Of a stretch of 26,364 bases of DNA, positions 7,551-16,378 are shown piece by piece. Each line of letters begins with the position of its first letter. Positions within the stretch are counted from its first letter, which is position 1. Below the pieces are notes generated by a model that was not told the DNA's origin, searched no databases, and worked only from the letters and a program-made list of their open reading frames with translations. Both the position numbers and the translations under genes were made by a program. The DNA is from an uncultured delta proteobacterium (lineage in GTDB: Bacteria > Desulfobacterota > Syntrophobacteria > BM002): positions 1 to 26,364 of the forward strand of contig CAVQGX010000047.1 of NCBI GenBank assembly GCA_963712115.1. The letters are read 5' to 3'.

Positions 7551-7994
7551 ATGGCTAATTCCTCGAGCGTAAAAGAAACAAAGAAAGAGCAAGGGGTGGG
7601 GGCACCAGCAGTTAAGTTGCCGGTATTCTATAACAAAGGTGGAAGAGAGGTGGAAGCTTACGGGACCCGCTTTTCACCCAAAGGCTGTGTCATTTACACT
7701 GGAACTCCTCAAAACTGCGGCACTTCATTTTCTCTAAAGATCTCAAATCCGCACACCAACAAAACCATCCAGGTGGACAGCTCCGTAATAATGCGCAAGC
7801 GTTTCCAGAATGCCAGCAAGTGGGGTATGGTAGTAAGATTCATCAATTTGACCGAAGCGGATAGAGACAAGGTCGAACAAATCGTTGCTCAAGCAGCTAC
7901 AGTTCCCAAGCCAGCGAGCCAATCAAAATATCTGAAGACCCCGATTGGCCAAGCAATCCTACGCTATTTCAACCTTAAGAAGTTGACCGAATAG
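7551..7994 (+). CDS. Degenerate PilZ-like domain protein
   Basis: PilZ-type pattern (V.Y...A...FSPKGC.I...G....L.I...V...GMVVRF..L...DR..VEQ) without RxxxR and without the D of DxSxxG. Start at ATG 7551 after AGGAG. Confidence 0.65.
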   Translation: MANSSSVKETKKEQGVGAPAVKLPVFYNKGGREVEAYGTRFSPKGCVIYTGTPQNCGTSFSLKISNPHTNKTIQVDSSVIMRKRFQNASKWGMVVRFINLTEADRDKVEQIVAQAATVPKPASQSKYLKTPIGQAILRYFNLKKLTE

Positions 7995-8014
7995 TTTAAC
8001 CCCGCTTTAGATCT

Positions 8015-8128
8015 TGAATATCGAATATCGAACAAGGAATTTCGAACAGCAGAAGTTTTTGAAAGCAGAAGGGCAATATTTTTCACTTCGATATTCTGCG
8101 GTTCCTTGTTCTGCGGTTCTGCTGTTCA
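8015..8128. repeat. Inverted modular GAA-anchored 7/8-mer repeat between convergent genes
   Basis: Left arm tgaatatcgaatatcgaacaaggaatttcgaacagcagaagt. Right arm as reverse complement: tgaacagcagaaccgcagaacaaggaaccgcagaatatcgaagt. Confidence 0.75.
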
Positions 8129-8165
8129 TATTCTCCTCCACCCGGCATACACCACTAACTAGGCA

Positions 8166-9305
8166 CTATGCTCCAATGATAGGGAAAATAGTGTCCTTGA
8201 TCCGCTCAACTACAGACCTGGATAATGCCTCGGCCCGAGCGGCAATAACTGGGTGGGTTTTCTGAGTGGGGTCCGAGAGAGTGGGATTTTGACCTAGTTC
8301 GGCTTGATGTTGTTGGACGAAAGGTTCAGGTAAATTGTCCGGAAGTTTAATTCCCTTCATTATAGCCCACGCTTGAGTCCAGGCACGGGCTACATTCATA
8401 ATGTTGTATCCACCTCCACCCAGGGCCACCCATTTGAGATCCCATGACTTCATCTCCTCTATGAGCTTGGCAAAACCATTGACAGTCAAATTCATGGTGG
8501 CCAAGGGGTCTGTAATCAGAAAGTCCACTCCCAACTGGGTGACCAGCACGTCGGGCTTGTAAGCATGCACCAGTGGCGGCACCACTTCCATAAAAACTGA
8601 AAGATACAAATCGTCATCTGTACCTGGCGCTAATGGCACATTTACCGCGTAACCCCTTCCTTTTCCCTTGCCCATATCATCCGGAAATCCGGTGCCGGGA
8701 AACAACGTGTGGCCGTGCTGATGGAGAGATATGGTGAGCACTTGATCAGTATCATAAAATGTTGCTTCAACCCCGTCGCCGTGGTGGACGTCCACATCCA
8801 GATACAATACCCGCAGCCCGTCCTGTACCATTTTGGCAATTCCCACGGCGGGATCATTCAGATAACAGAATCCCGCGGCCCGACTTTCCATGGCATGATG
8901 CAAGCCGCCACCGATATTAAAGGCGATTTTCCTATTTTCCTCCATGACCTGGCGGACGCATTCGAGAGTCGCACCAGTGACCAGCAAGGACCAATCGTAT
9001 AAGCCGGGAAATACTGGATTGTCACCGCTTCCCAAACCATATTTCCAACCTTCTGGAGGGGCTTTCCCTTCATTGGCCTTTTTTAGAACCTGGAGATATT
9101 CTGGAGAATGAACAAGGAGTAGGTCCTTTTCCTTAGCTTCCTGGGCTTCAATCCATGGCGCTTCGGAAGTCTCAAAGAGCCCATAGGCGGAGATCAAATC
9201 CATGGTCAACTGGAGCCGCTCTACTTTCAGAGGGTGATGAGGCCCATAGCTGTGGTGACTGAAATTTTTACTAAAGACGAGAACTTGTTCTTTGTCTTCA
9301 CCCAT
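8166..9305 (-). CDS. acuC: Zn-dependent histone-deacetylase-family lysine deacetylase (AcuC-like)
   Basis: Motifs HHPLKVER, GDNPVF, GGGLHHA, GFCYLND, DVDVHHGDG, FPGTG, QLGVD and GGGGY. Confidence 0.88.
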   Translation of the reverse strand: MGEDKEQVLVFSKNFSHHSYGPHHPLKVERLQLTMDLISAYGLFETSEAPWIEAQEAKEKDLLLVHSPEYLQVLKKANEGKAPPEGWKYGLGSGDNPVFPGLYDWSLLVTGATLECVRQVMEENRKIAFNIGGGLHHAMESRAAGFCYLNDPAVGIAKMVQDGLRVLYLDVDVHHGDGVEATFYDTDQVLTISLHQHGHTLFPGTGFPDDMGKGKGRGYAVNVPLAPGTDDDLYLSVFMEVVPPLVHAYKPDVLVTQLGVDFLITDPLATMNLTVNGFAKLIEEMKSWDLKWVALGGGGYNIMNVARAWTQAWAIMKGIKLPDNLPEPFVQQHQAELGQNPTLSDPTQKTHPVIAARAEALSRSVVERIKDTIFPIIGA

Positions 9306-9317
9306 GACATTCTCCAG

Positions 9318-10607
9318 TCATTGCAGCAATATCTCAACTCGCCGATTGAGAGCTCGGCCCGCCTGCGTCTTGTTGTCTGCTACAGGCCGGGACTCGCCGT
9401 ATGGTTTTGTCTCCAACTGCTTGGCATCAAGACCCTGCTCAATCAGCCATTCCGCTACCGATAGGGCTCGCCGAAGTGAAAGTTCCGCATTATACTCTTG
9501 AGTGTGAGTGGAGTCGGTGTGACCCTTGATGACAATCTTTTGGTATGGATGCGTCTGGATGGCAGCCCAACATCTCTCCAGTCTTTTTTCCGACTCCGGG
9601 GTGATTTCGGCAGAGTCGGTGGCAAAATATATTTCAGGTAGAATCTCAGGGGCTCCCTCTTTTTCCAAGGATTTCTCCTGGCCGATTTCTTCCATGGGCT
9701 CACTCAAGCCGGCCTCATACACAGACTTGACCAAGGCGTCCAGCACCGGCACCTCACATTCCGGCCCCTGTCGGTCAGTAACCCGGCTTCCATACCAGCT
9801 CCCCTTCATACGACCTCTCTCGTACCACAGACCATTTAGATGGTTACCGTCAGTAGATAGTACCATGAAGGCAGTTCCCGCGTTTGGCCCGTCCTCCCAC
9901 CAGCGAAATTTTAGGAGACGACCGTTGGTCCTACCAGACAGCAGACCATTGTCAGCTTCGTAACATCCGACAACATAGGTAGCGCTTTGCTCCAGACGCA
10001 TCAGACCGTAATTGCTTGAGTAGATTCCTTCGATGGACTTCTCTTGGGATACTGTGCCAAGGACCTCTCCATAACCCTCAAGTTCCATGAGCTGAGTATG
10101 GGAGGGATTTCCCCAATTAGAAAGTATCGCCAATTTCAACCAGCGGACTTCGGTGGGGTTTTCTAAGGTAAATACTTTTCGCTTCCCCTTGTCCGCCTCC
10201 CCACTGACTATTAGGTCCACGACCTCATGGTGAGACGTGGTCGAGCCATATAGGGCGAAATGCCGCGCTGAGATCCCGGGGAAATTGGACTCCTCTGCAC
10301 CGGTGTTATCAACAACAAAGGAGGCAAGTACAGACTGACGTGGCAGCTCTATGAGAAACTCATTGGGATAAGGATAGCCCTTGGCGCTACTCCATCCAGT
10401 GAGATTGGAGCCATCCAGAAGGGCCTGGGCGTTCCATCTTCCACCGTACTGAGTTGTTGCTGAAAGAACCAAGCCGCCACTGTCGAGATCGAGCAGATCA
10501 TCATCTTCGCCAGCCTGCAAAGGTACTGATGAGAGAATGACAATCAGTACTAGACACCACACTCGCCAAGCATAAACAAGCGGACGTCCTTTGCTTAATC
10601 GATCCAT
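9318..10607 (-). CDS. Exported discoidin (F5/8 type C)-like domain + OmpA C-terminal peptidoglycan-binding domain protein
   Basis: Signal peptide ending PLQA. Discoidin-like ALLDG...WSS...RWLKL...SNWG...ELE. OmpA_C motifs IYFATDSA, IKGHTD, YNAELSLRRA, GESRP and NRRVEI. Confidence 0.85.
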   Translation of the reverse strand: MDRLSKGRPLVYAWRVWCLVLIVILSSVPLQAGEDDDLLDLDSGGLVLSATTQYGGRWNAQALLDGSNLTGWSSAKGYPYPNEFLIELPRQSVLASFVVDNTGAEESNFPGISARHFALYGSTTSHHEVVDLIVSGEADKGKRKVFTLENPTEVRWLKLAILSNWGNPSHTQLMELEGYGEVLGTVSQEKSIEGIYSSNYGLMRLEQSATYVVGCYEADNGLLSGRTNGRLLKFRWWEDGPNAGTAFMVLSTDGNHLNGLWYERGRMKGSWYGSRVTDRQGPECEVPVLDALVKSVYEAGLSEPMEEIGQEKSLEKEGAPEILPEIYFATDSAEITPESEKRLERCWAAIQTHPYQKIVIKGHTDSTHTQEYNAELSLRRALSVAEWLIEQGLDAKQLETKPYGESRPVADNKTQAGRALNRRVEILLQ

Positions 10608-10691
10608 GGAAGCCTCGCTTACTGAGATTAACTATTTTCCACCAGGAATTTGCTGGATGGAGGTTAACCAGTTTCCCGCTGTTAGCATCAA

Positions 10692-11174
10692 CTACTGGTG
10701 CAGGTTCTTCACCAGTTCCGCCACCCGGGCACCCAGCTTGAACCCGTTCTGCCGGGCACTAGCATCTGGAGCACCCAAGCAGGCCACACCATAGTGACCC
10801 GTTGCACTCATAGGATCGCCAACAATGATCATCCCGTAGATCAGCATGGCTTGAATGATGGACATCATGGTGGTCTCTTTACCTCCAGAGGCATCGCCAC
10901 CGGTAGCAAAAGCAGCACCAACTTTATTTTCCGTTTTCCTCCGCACGATGACAAAGTCGTCGAAAACCTTCTTTAGTTCTGCTGCCATCACGCCAAAGTA
11001 GACAGGTGATCCGGCAATAATCCCATCCGATTCAACAAAATCTTCTGTTTTTACCTCTTCGGTGGAACGTAGCAGGCAGCGAACACCCTCTACAGATTCA
11101 ACTCCCTCGCTCACAGCTTGAGCCAGCTTGTGAGTATTTCCAGTGCGGGAGTGGTAGAGTACGAGAACCTGCAT
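10692..11174 (-). CDS. Flavodoxin-like NAD(P)H-dependent oxidoreductase (WrbA-like)
   Basis: FMN loop YHSRTGNT, GSPVYFG and KVGAAFATGG. Preceded by AGGAGG. Confidence 0.9.
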   Translation of the reverse strand: MQVLVLYHSRTGNTHKLAQAVSEGVESVEGVRCLLRSTEEVKTEDFVESDGIIAGSPVYFGVMAAELKKVFDDFVIVRRKTENKVGAAFATGGDASGGKETTMMSIIQAMLIYGMIIVGDPMSATGHYGVACLGAPDASARQNGFKLGARVAELVKNLHQ

Positions 11175-11189
11175 AGACGGCCTCCTTCA

Positions 11190-11334
11190 TAATTAGTGTC
11201 CATCCGAAAACTCTGATTTCCGGCTGGAGTTGTCAGTGTTCAGCAGTCAGCTTAGCTCTTTGGATTTATTCTTATTCCGCTGATCGCTCATCACGCGAGT
11301 CCGAAAAACGTCGTTTTCGGATGGACACTAATTA
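11190..11334. mobile_element. 145-bp MITE-like element with perfect 22-bp terminal inverted repeats
   Basis: taattagtgtccatccgaaaac (11190-11211) and gttttcggatggacactaatta (11313-11334), with a non-coding interior. Confidence 0.8.
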
Positions 11335-11434
11335 AAAGAGAACAATAAACCATGTCAACTAGTTGATGAGGACCCACAGTCGCAATTTTGGGCAGTATAG
11401 TCCAAAGCGTTTCATTTTTACAATGACCAAACAG

Positions 11435-11465
11435 ACTAGGCACTATGCACTAAGCACTAGGCACC
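11435..11465 (+). repeat. GCACTAD heptamer tandem repeat (about 4 units)
   Basis: actaggcactatgcactaagcactaggcacc. Confidence 0.8.
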
Positions 11466-11565
11466 ACTTACGTCTTGGTAAAAAGTCCGATCTGATGGTA
11501 TGATCCTCGACATTTTAAGCTTGGCACGGGCGGGAACGACTTTTTTAATGGGCGAGATCTAGATA

Positions 11566-12453
11566 GTGGGAAAGATAGAGTCTTTAAGGACCTACAAAGC
11601 TGATTCGCTGTTGATGCTGACTGCAATCATTTGGGGCGGTGCATTCGTAGCCCAGAGGGTCGGTATGGATCATGTGGGTCCGTTCACCTTTAATGGTGTG
11701 CGTTTTGCCTTGGGGGCTTTCACCCTCCTACCGTTGGCCTTGCGAAGCAATAGAACCAGAGGAGAGGATCTGAACCACCGTCTTAACAGCAAACAGGCAA
11801 TTCTTGGAGGTGGACTTGCCGGTTTGGTGCTCTTTGCTGGTGCCAGTCTGCAGCAGGTGGGACTGCTCTACACCACTGCTGGAAAGGCAGGCTTCATTAC
11901 CGGCCTCTATGTAGTGATTGTACCCCTTCTGGGAATGTTGTGGAAACAATGGCCAGGTTGGGGAGGATCCACCGGAGCAGCCATTGCTGCAGTTGGGCTC
12001 TATTTTCTCAGTCTTACCGAGGAGTTTCACCTCGCTCCCGGCGATGCTTGGGAACTCGCGGGCGCCTTCATGTGGGCTACTCACGTCTTAATATTAGGGT
12101 GGCTCTCACCAAGAGTAAATGTATTGAAACTTGCCTGTGCTCAGTATGCGGTCTGTTCCTGCTTGAGCTTATTGGTGGCAGGGTACACTGAGACCATTAC
12201 CGCATACGGTTTGAGGGAGGCAACGATCCCCATTCTCTATGGGGGAGTCATGTCGGTGGGAATAGCCTACACCCTCCAAGTAGTTGCCCAAAAAGTAGCA
12301 CCCCCGACCCACGCAGCGATCATCCTCAGCCTGGAAGCGGTTTTTGCGGCTCTGGCCGGTTGGCTTATCCTCGGTGAGGTCTTGACGACACGAGGGCTTT
12401 TTGGCTGTGGGTTGATGTTGGCAGGAATGATTGTGTCCCAGCTATGGCCTTAG
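11566..12453 (+). CDS. DMT/EamA family transporter
   Basis: Motifs IWGGAF, RFALG, LQQVGL.YTTAGKAGFITGLYVV and LEAVFAAL.GWLILGE, with about 10 hydrophobic helices. GTG start. Confidence 0.92.
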   Translation: MGKIESLRTYKADSLLMLTAIIWGGAFVAQRVGMDHVGPFTFNGVRFALGAFTLLPLALRSNRTRGEDLNHRLNSKQAILGGGLAGLVLFAGASLQQVGLLYTTAGKAGFITGLYVVIVPLLGMLWKQWPGWGGSTGAAIAAVGLYFLSLTEEFHLAPGDAWELAGAFMWATHVLILGWLSPRVNVLKLACAQYAVCSCLSLLVAGYTETITAYGLREATIPILYGGVMSVGIAYTLQVVAQKVAPPTHAAIILSLEAVFAALAGWLILGEVLTTRGLFGCGLMLAGMIVSQLWP

Positions 12454-12457
12454 CCCG

Positions 12458-12544
12458 GATGTGAGATATGAGATCTGAGATGTGGGATACAAAATTACAG
12501 GGAATAATGTTTAATCTCACATCACATATCGCACATCCCACATC
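12458..12544. repeat. Inverted heptamer array (GATGTGA / TCACATC), hairpin-forming
   Basis: gatgtgagatatgagatctgagatgtgggat ... atctcacatcacatatcgcacatcccacatc, directly after the EamA stop. Confidence 0.8.
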
Positions 12545-12665
12545 TGCTGCTCAGCATCTTCTGAATGCTTCGTTCTTAGGATTTAGAATTGGAAGTTAAG
12601 CGTTCCGCCTTCTTTGCTTTGGTGCCTAGTGCCTAGTTGCAACGCTACGGCTTACCGTTTACTGT

Positions 12666-13460
12666 TCACTTGTTTTCTAACTCTTCCATGGCCAGTTCGG
12701 CCAAAAATTCGAAGACCTCTACGCCTTGTAGATCAGCTGCTTTCTCACCTTGGGCGTACTGCATGACCCAGGCAAGATCTAAATCTTTCTGGGGAGAGAA
12801 AGTACCTTTCCTGAGGCCCAGGGAAAAACTCTCCTCATCGAAAAAGAGAGGATGCTCAAATACTGTTACCCTCCCACCGTTGGTTTTTGGCCTGGCAAAA
12901 ATCTGCAGGTCATACTCCAGCACACCCAGAGACACCGGCTGAAAAGCCACCAGTTCAAAAAAGAGGTCGAAAGATTCCTGGATCTTCTCTGAGGATTTTT
13001 GCTCCAGACCCTGACGACCATCTGCCACCAACGTAGCGAGGTCATCACTGTTGTAGGTTAGATCCAGCAGAGCCACAGCGCTATCATATATTCGCTTGAG
13101 TGACTCTTTGCCCTTACTGACAATAACATCTTGGTCATTCATCACTCTTTTTATGTTCTTGATGCTGAACATCTCTTTCCACTCAGGACTTTTGCGCAGG
13201 CCTACATCGTCCACGGTAGTGTGGTAAATTGGCAGTTCGTTGTCGAAGACCAAGACTTCCATGATTTCGCCCTCGAAGGGACGCACGTAGAGATGCAGAT
13301 CCCTGACCTTCTTGTGCTCGAGATCAGTCATATCGATTAATTCCTGGGTAAGCCGCTTGTCCAGGCGCCGCTGCCCGGGAGTTTCCCTAATTGTCGCACT
13401 AATCTTTCGCAAAAGGCCGTCGAGTTTGATTTTTGCTTTAAGGTTTTCCTTGAAAGACAT
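12666..13460 (-). CDS. Hypothetical protein (soluble, 264 aa)
   Basis: Long ORF with ATG and AAGGAG upstream and natural composition. No family recognised. Confidence 0.8.
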   Translation of the reverse strand: MSFKENLKAKIKLDGLLRKISATIRETPGQRRLDKRLTQELIDMTDLEHKKVRDLHLYVRPFEGEIMEVLVFDNELPIYHTTVDDVGLRKSPEWKEMFSIKNIKRVMNDQDVIVSKGKESLKRIYDSAVALLDLTYNSDDLATLVADGRQGLEQKSSEKIQESFDLFFELVAFQPVSLGVLEYDLQIFARPKTNGGRVTVFEHPLFFDEESFSLGLRKGTFSPQKDLDLAWVMQYAQGEKAADLQGVEVFEFLAELAMEELENK

Positions 13461-13482
13461 GGCAGGGGTCTCCTTCGGAGCA

Positions 13483-13604
13483 TTTTAAATTGCAGATTTT
13501 AGATTGTAGAGTGAAGAATGATGATTGTAGCTGAAGATTTACAAAGCTTGAAGTTTTGACGCGAAATCTTCAATCTCAAATCTTCAATCTACGATCTAAA
13601 ATCA
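13483..13604. repeat. Inverted heptamer array (GATTKYA / AATCTHM family)
   Basis: ttttaaattgcagattttagattgtaga ... aaatcttcaatctcaaatcttcaatctacgatctaaaatc. Same family as 17216-17323 and 25127-25281. Confidence 0.75.
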
Positions 13605-13759
13605 AGTATTGGATGTTTACTATACTCTCATGATAGCAGAGATTGAAGTTGATTTAGTCAAATACCTGCAAGAGGATCATTAACGTAACAAGAATATTGG
13701 ACTTTCGCCGTTGAAGTGCTATCCTTCTCCTAAACCGTTTGCGGACCGAGGAAAAGTGA

Positions 13760-14978
13760 ATGAGAAAGATTAGCTTGTTGAAAAACAGCATACAAGAGTA
13801 TGACTGGGGATCAAAAACCGCTATTCCTGAACTTCTTGGCCGGGCAAGGCCAGCGGAAAAGCCTCAGGCAGAACTCTGGATGGGTGCGCACCCTAAGGCG
13901 CCGTCCCGAGTTTACTGTGATGGTGTTTGGAGGTCTTTGCTTGAGGTAATTGCTGAAAATCCAGAAGAGGTTTTGGGGAGAGAGACAGCCCATAAGTTCT
14001 CTAATGAGCTGCCTTTTTTGTTTAAAGTACTTGCTGCGGCGAAGCCACTGTCAATTCAGGCCCATCCGAACCAAAGGCAGGCCGAGGAGGGCTTTATTCG
14101 GGAAAACGAGATGGGCATACCTCTAGAGGCGGTTGACAGAAACTACAGAGACGACAAGCACAAACCCGAGATAATCTGCGCCTTGACGCCATTCTGGGCC
14201 CTGAATGGTTTTCGACAGGTAAAAGAGATACTAAGATTGCTGGGAGATATTCAGGTCCCATCTCTGGTGGCAACGCTATCATTTCTGCGGGAACATTCTA
14301 ACAGGCAGGGGTTGAAGGGATTTTTCTACCACTTGATGACTATGGAAAAGGGCAAACAGGCCAAGATTGTGGAAGAAGCAGTGGCTTTTGCTGAGAAGCG
14401 GACAGAGAAAGAACCAGTATGGACCTGGGTTGTCAAATTAAATGAGGAGTATCCGGGGGATATGGGTGTTCTCTCTCCGGCCTTTTTGAATCTGGTACAG
14501 CTTGAGCCGCAACAAGCCATGTATTTACCCGCAGGTGAACTTCATGCCTATCTCGAAGGTGCTGGCATTGAATTGATGGCCAATTCTGATAACGTTTTGA
14601 GAGGTGGACTGACGGCCAAACACATAGATGTACAGGAGCTCTTGAACATTCTAAATTTTTCAGAGGTAAAACTGAATGTCCTGCAACCTGAGAGAGTTGC
14701 CTCCGGCGAGGCCGTCTACCCAACGGGGACGGCGGAATTTGTCCTTTCCGTCGTTGAGAGTAAGTGGAGGGTCTCCATTTATAGGTGCTCGAAAACGTAG
14801 CGTGGAAATGATGATCTGTACGAAAGGCGAGGCTACGGTCACGGATTTGGAGGATGGGGAGACCACGGGGTTAACCAGGGGAACCTCCATTATTATCCCT
14901 GCGGCAGTGGAGCAATACCGCATAGAGGGAGAGGCCACGATTTACAGGGCCGCGGTTCCGCTGGAAGAGGTCTACTAG
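13760..14978 (+). pseudogene. manA: Mannose-6-phosphate isomerase class I, split by a +1 frameshift near 14753 (pseudogene or sequencing error)
   Basis: Motifs YDWGS, AELWMGAHP, LFKVLAAAKPLSIQAHP, HKPE, LHAYL.G and ELMANSDNVLRGGLT. After AEFVLSV the C-terminal cupin (LRVSGG...MICTKGEATV...RGTSIIIPAA...IYRA) continues in another frame. Removing 1 nt gives 405 aa. Confidence 0.9.
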
Positions 14979-15060
14979 GTACTAAACACTAGGCACTATG
15001 CACTTAGAGAACTATTACAGCTGAGTCACAGTGCTTAGTGCTTAGTCCCTAGTGCCTAGT
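14974..15060. repeat. Inverted GCACTAG heptamer array filling the gap between convergent stop codons
   Basis: actaggtactaaacactaggcactatgcact / agtgcttagtgcttagtccctagtgcctagt. Confidence 0.85.
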
Positions 15061-15989
15061 TAGGGTTTCACCACAGTGTTGGAAAGTTCCTCAAGGGCCA
15101 GCATAAGAGCCTGGGTGCCGAGTTTTCCGTGTCCCTGGGCCTTAAGGGCTAGATAGAGCTGATGGACTAAAGCCAGACCGGGCAGGGCAATGTTCAAGCG
15201 CTGAGCCTCGTCCAAGGCTATAGTCATGTCTTTGATGAAATGTTCGACGAAGAATCCAGGGTCAAAATCGCGCTTAAGAATTCTAGGAGCCGTGTTGTCG
15301 AGAATCCAGCAGGCTGCAGCACCCTTGGTAATGGAACGCAACATGGTTTCTAGATCCAATCCTGCCTTATGGCCATAAAGAAGGCACTCACACACGCCGA
15401 TCATGGTTGAGGCAATGACTATCTGGTTACACATTTTGGCATGCTGTCCGGTGCCGGCTCCGCCCTGGTGAACTATTTGTTTTCCCATAATTTCGAGCAG
15501 CGGTGTAATGGCCTCAACAACCTCCTCGTTGCCACCTACCATTATGGACAGGGTTCCAGCACGAGCGCCCACATCTCCTCCTGAAACCGGTGCGTCAATT
15601 GCTTGAACTGACTTTGATGCTGCCACCTGGTAAATCTCCCGGGCCAAACTTGGTGAGGTTGTCGTCATGTCAACAAGAATGGTGCCCGGTTTTCCACCTG
15701 CCAGGATGCCACTTTCTCCAAAATAAACTTCACGGACGTCTTCCGGAAAGCCGACCATGGTGAAGACCACATTAGACTTTTCAGCCACTGCCCGGGGTGT
15801 TTCGGCCCAGCTAGCTCCCCCAGCCAAAAGCGGTTGCGCTTTGCTCTTGGTACGGTTGTAAACGGTTACCCCATAACCTTTGCTGAGCACATGGTTGCAC
15901 ATGGAGAGTCCCATGACTCCAGTACCTATCCAGCCAATGGGGGTCTTTGAGGAAATTGCAGGTGCTTTGTTCTTGCTGGAGACTGCCAT
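15060..15989 (-). CDS. NAD(P)-dependent beta-hydroxyacid dehydrogenase (3-hydroxyisobutyrate DH / tartronate semialdehyde reductase family)
   Basis: Motifs [29 protein letters not shown] (catalytic Lys) and FIKD. Confidence 0.93.
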   Translation of the reverse strand: MAVSSKNKAPAISSKTPIGWIGTGVMGLSMCNHVLSKGYGVTVYNRTKSKAQPLLAGGASWAETPRAVAEKSNVVFTMVGFPEDVREVYFGESGILAGGKPGTILVDMTTTSPSLAREIYQVAASKSVQAIDAPVSGGDVGARAGTLSIMVGGNEEVVEAITPLLEIMGKQIVHQGGAGTGQHAKMCNQIVIASTMIGVCECLLYGHKAGLDLETMLRSITKGAAACWILDNTAPRILKRDFDPGFFVEHFIKDMTIALDEAQRLNIALPGLALVHQLYLALKAQGHGKLGTQALMLALEELSNTVVKP

Positions 15990-16053
15990 GTTTCTTATCC
16001 TTACAAGTGTTAGGTTTCGAAGTCAACTCCATTTAGGCGCAAGACATCATTAG

Positions 16054-16151
16054 GTCATTACGCTGCGCTGTCATTTATGGTCAACTGTCATTCTTGAGTG
16101 GCAACAACTTAATGACGGCCGCAAGGCATATTGACAGCGTAGCGTAGTGAC
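16054..16151. repeat. Nested imperfect palindrome (REP-like) in a divergent promoter region
   Basis: Outer arms gtcattacgctgcgctgtca (16054-16073) and tgacagcgtagcgtagtgac (16132-16151) match at 18/20. Inner arms ctgtcatt / aatgacgg. Confidence 0.7.
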
Positions 16152-16226
16152 GACCACATCTAGTGGCCAAATGACCTGGAACTCTATGCTCCATGCCCCA
16201 TGCTCTATGCCCGGAGCACAGATAAA

Positions 16227-16256
16227 TTGACATCAGAGCCCTTGGCTTGCTATTCT
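16227..16256 (+). promoter_or_regulatory. Putative sigma-70 promoter of the crotonase gene
   Basis: TTGACA-N18-TATTCT with TG-N extended -10. Confidence 0.6.
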
Positions 16257-16378
16257 GCTTTCAGCCGTTTTCCAATTAGTTTCCATCCATAGTTTTCGGT
16301 ATCAATGATTATGCCCCGGGAAAGCAGAGTACGTTCTATTGGGGTCAATCTGCCAGATTTCTTATAAGGAGAAAAGCT

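Noticed and set aside
8014-8265. ORFs over repeat arrays (8014-8265, 17233-17433, 17292-17558, 18308-18625, 22028-22382)
   Set aside because: Their translations come from heptamer or MITE sequence or overlap real genes, and they lack a credible RBS.
11520-11540. TTGGCACG upstream of the EamA gene as a sigma-54 promoter
   Set aside because: There is no GC at -12. A TG-N-TATGAT extended -10 just upstream is a better candidate.
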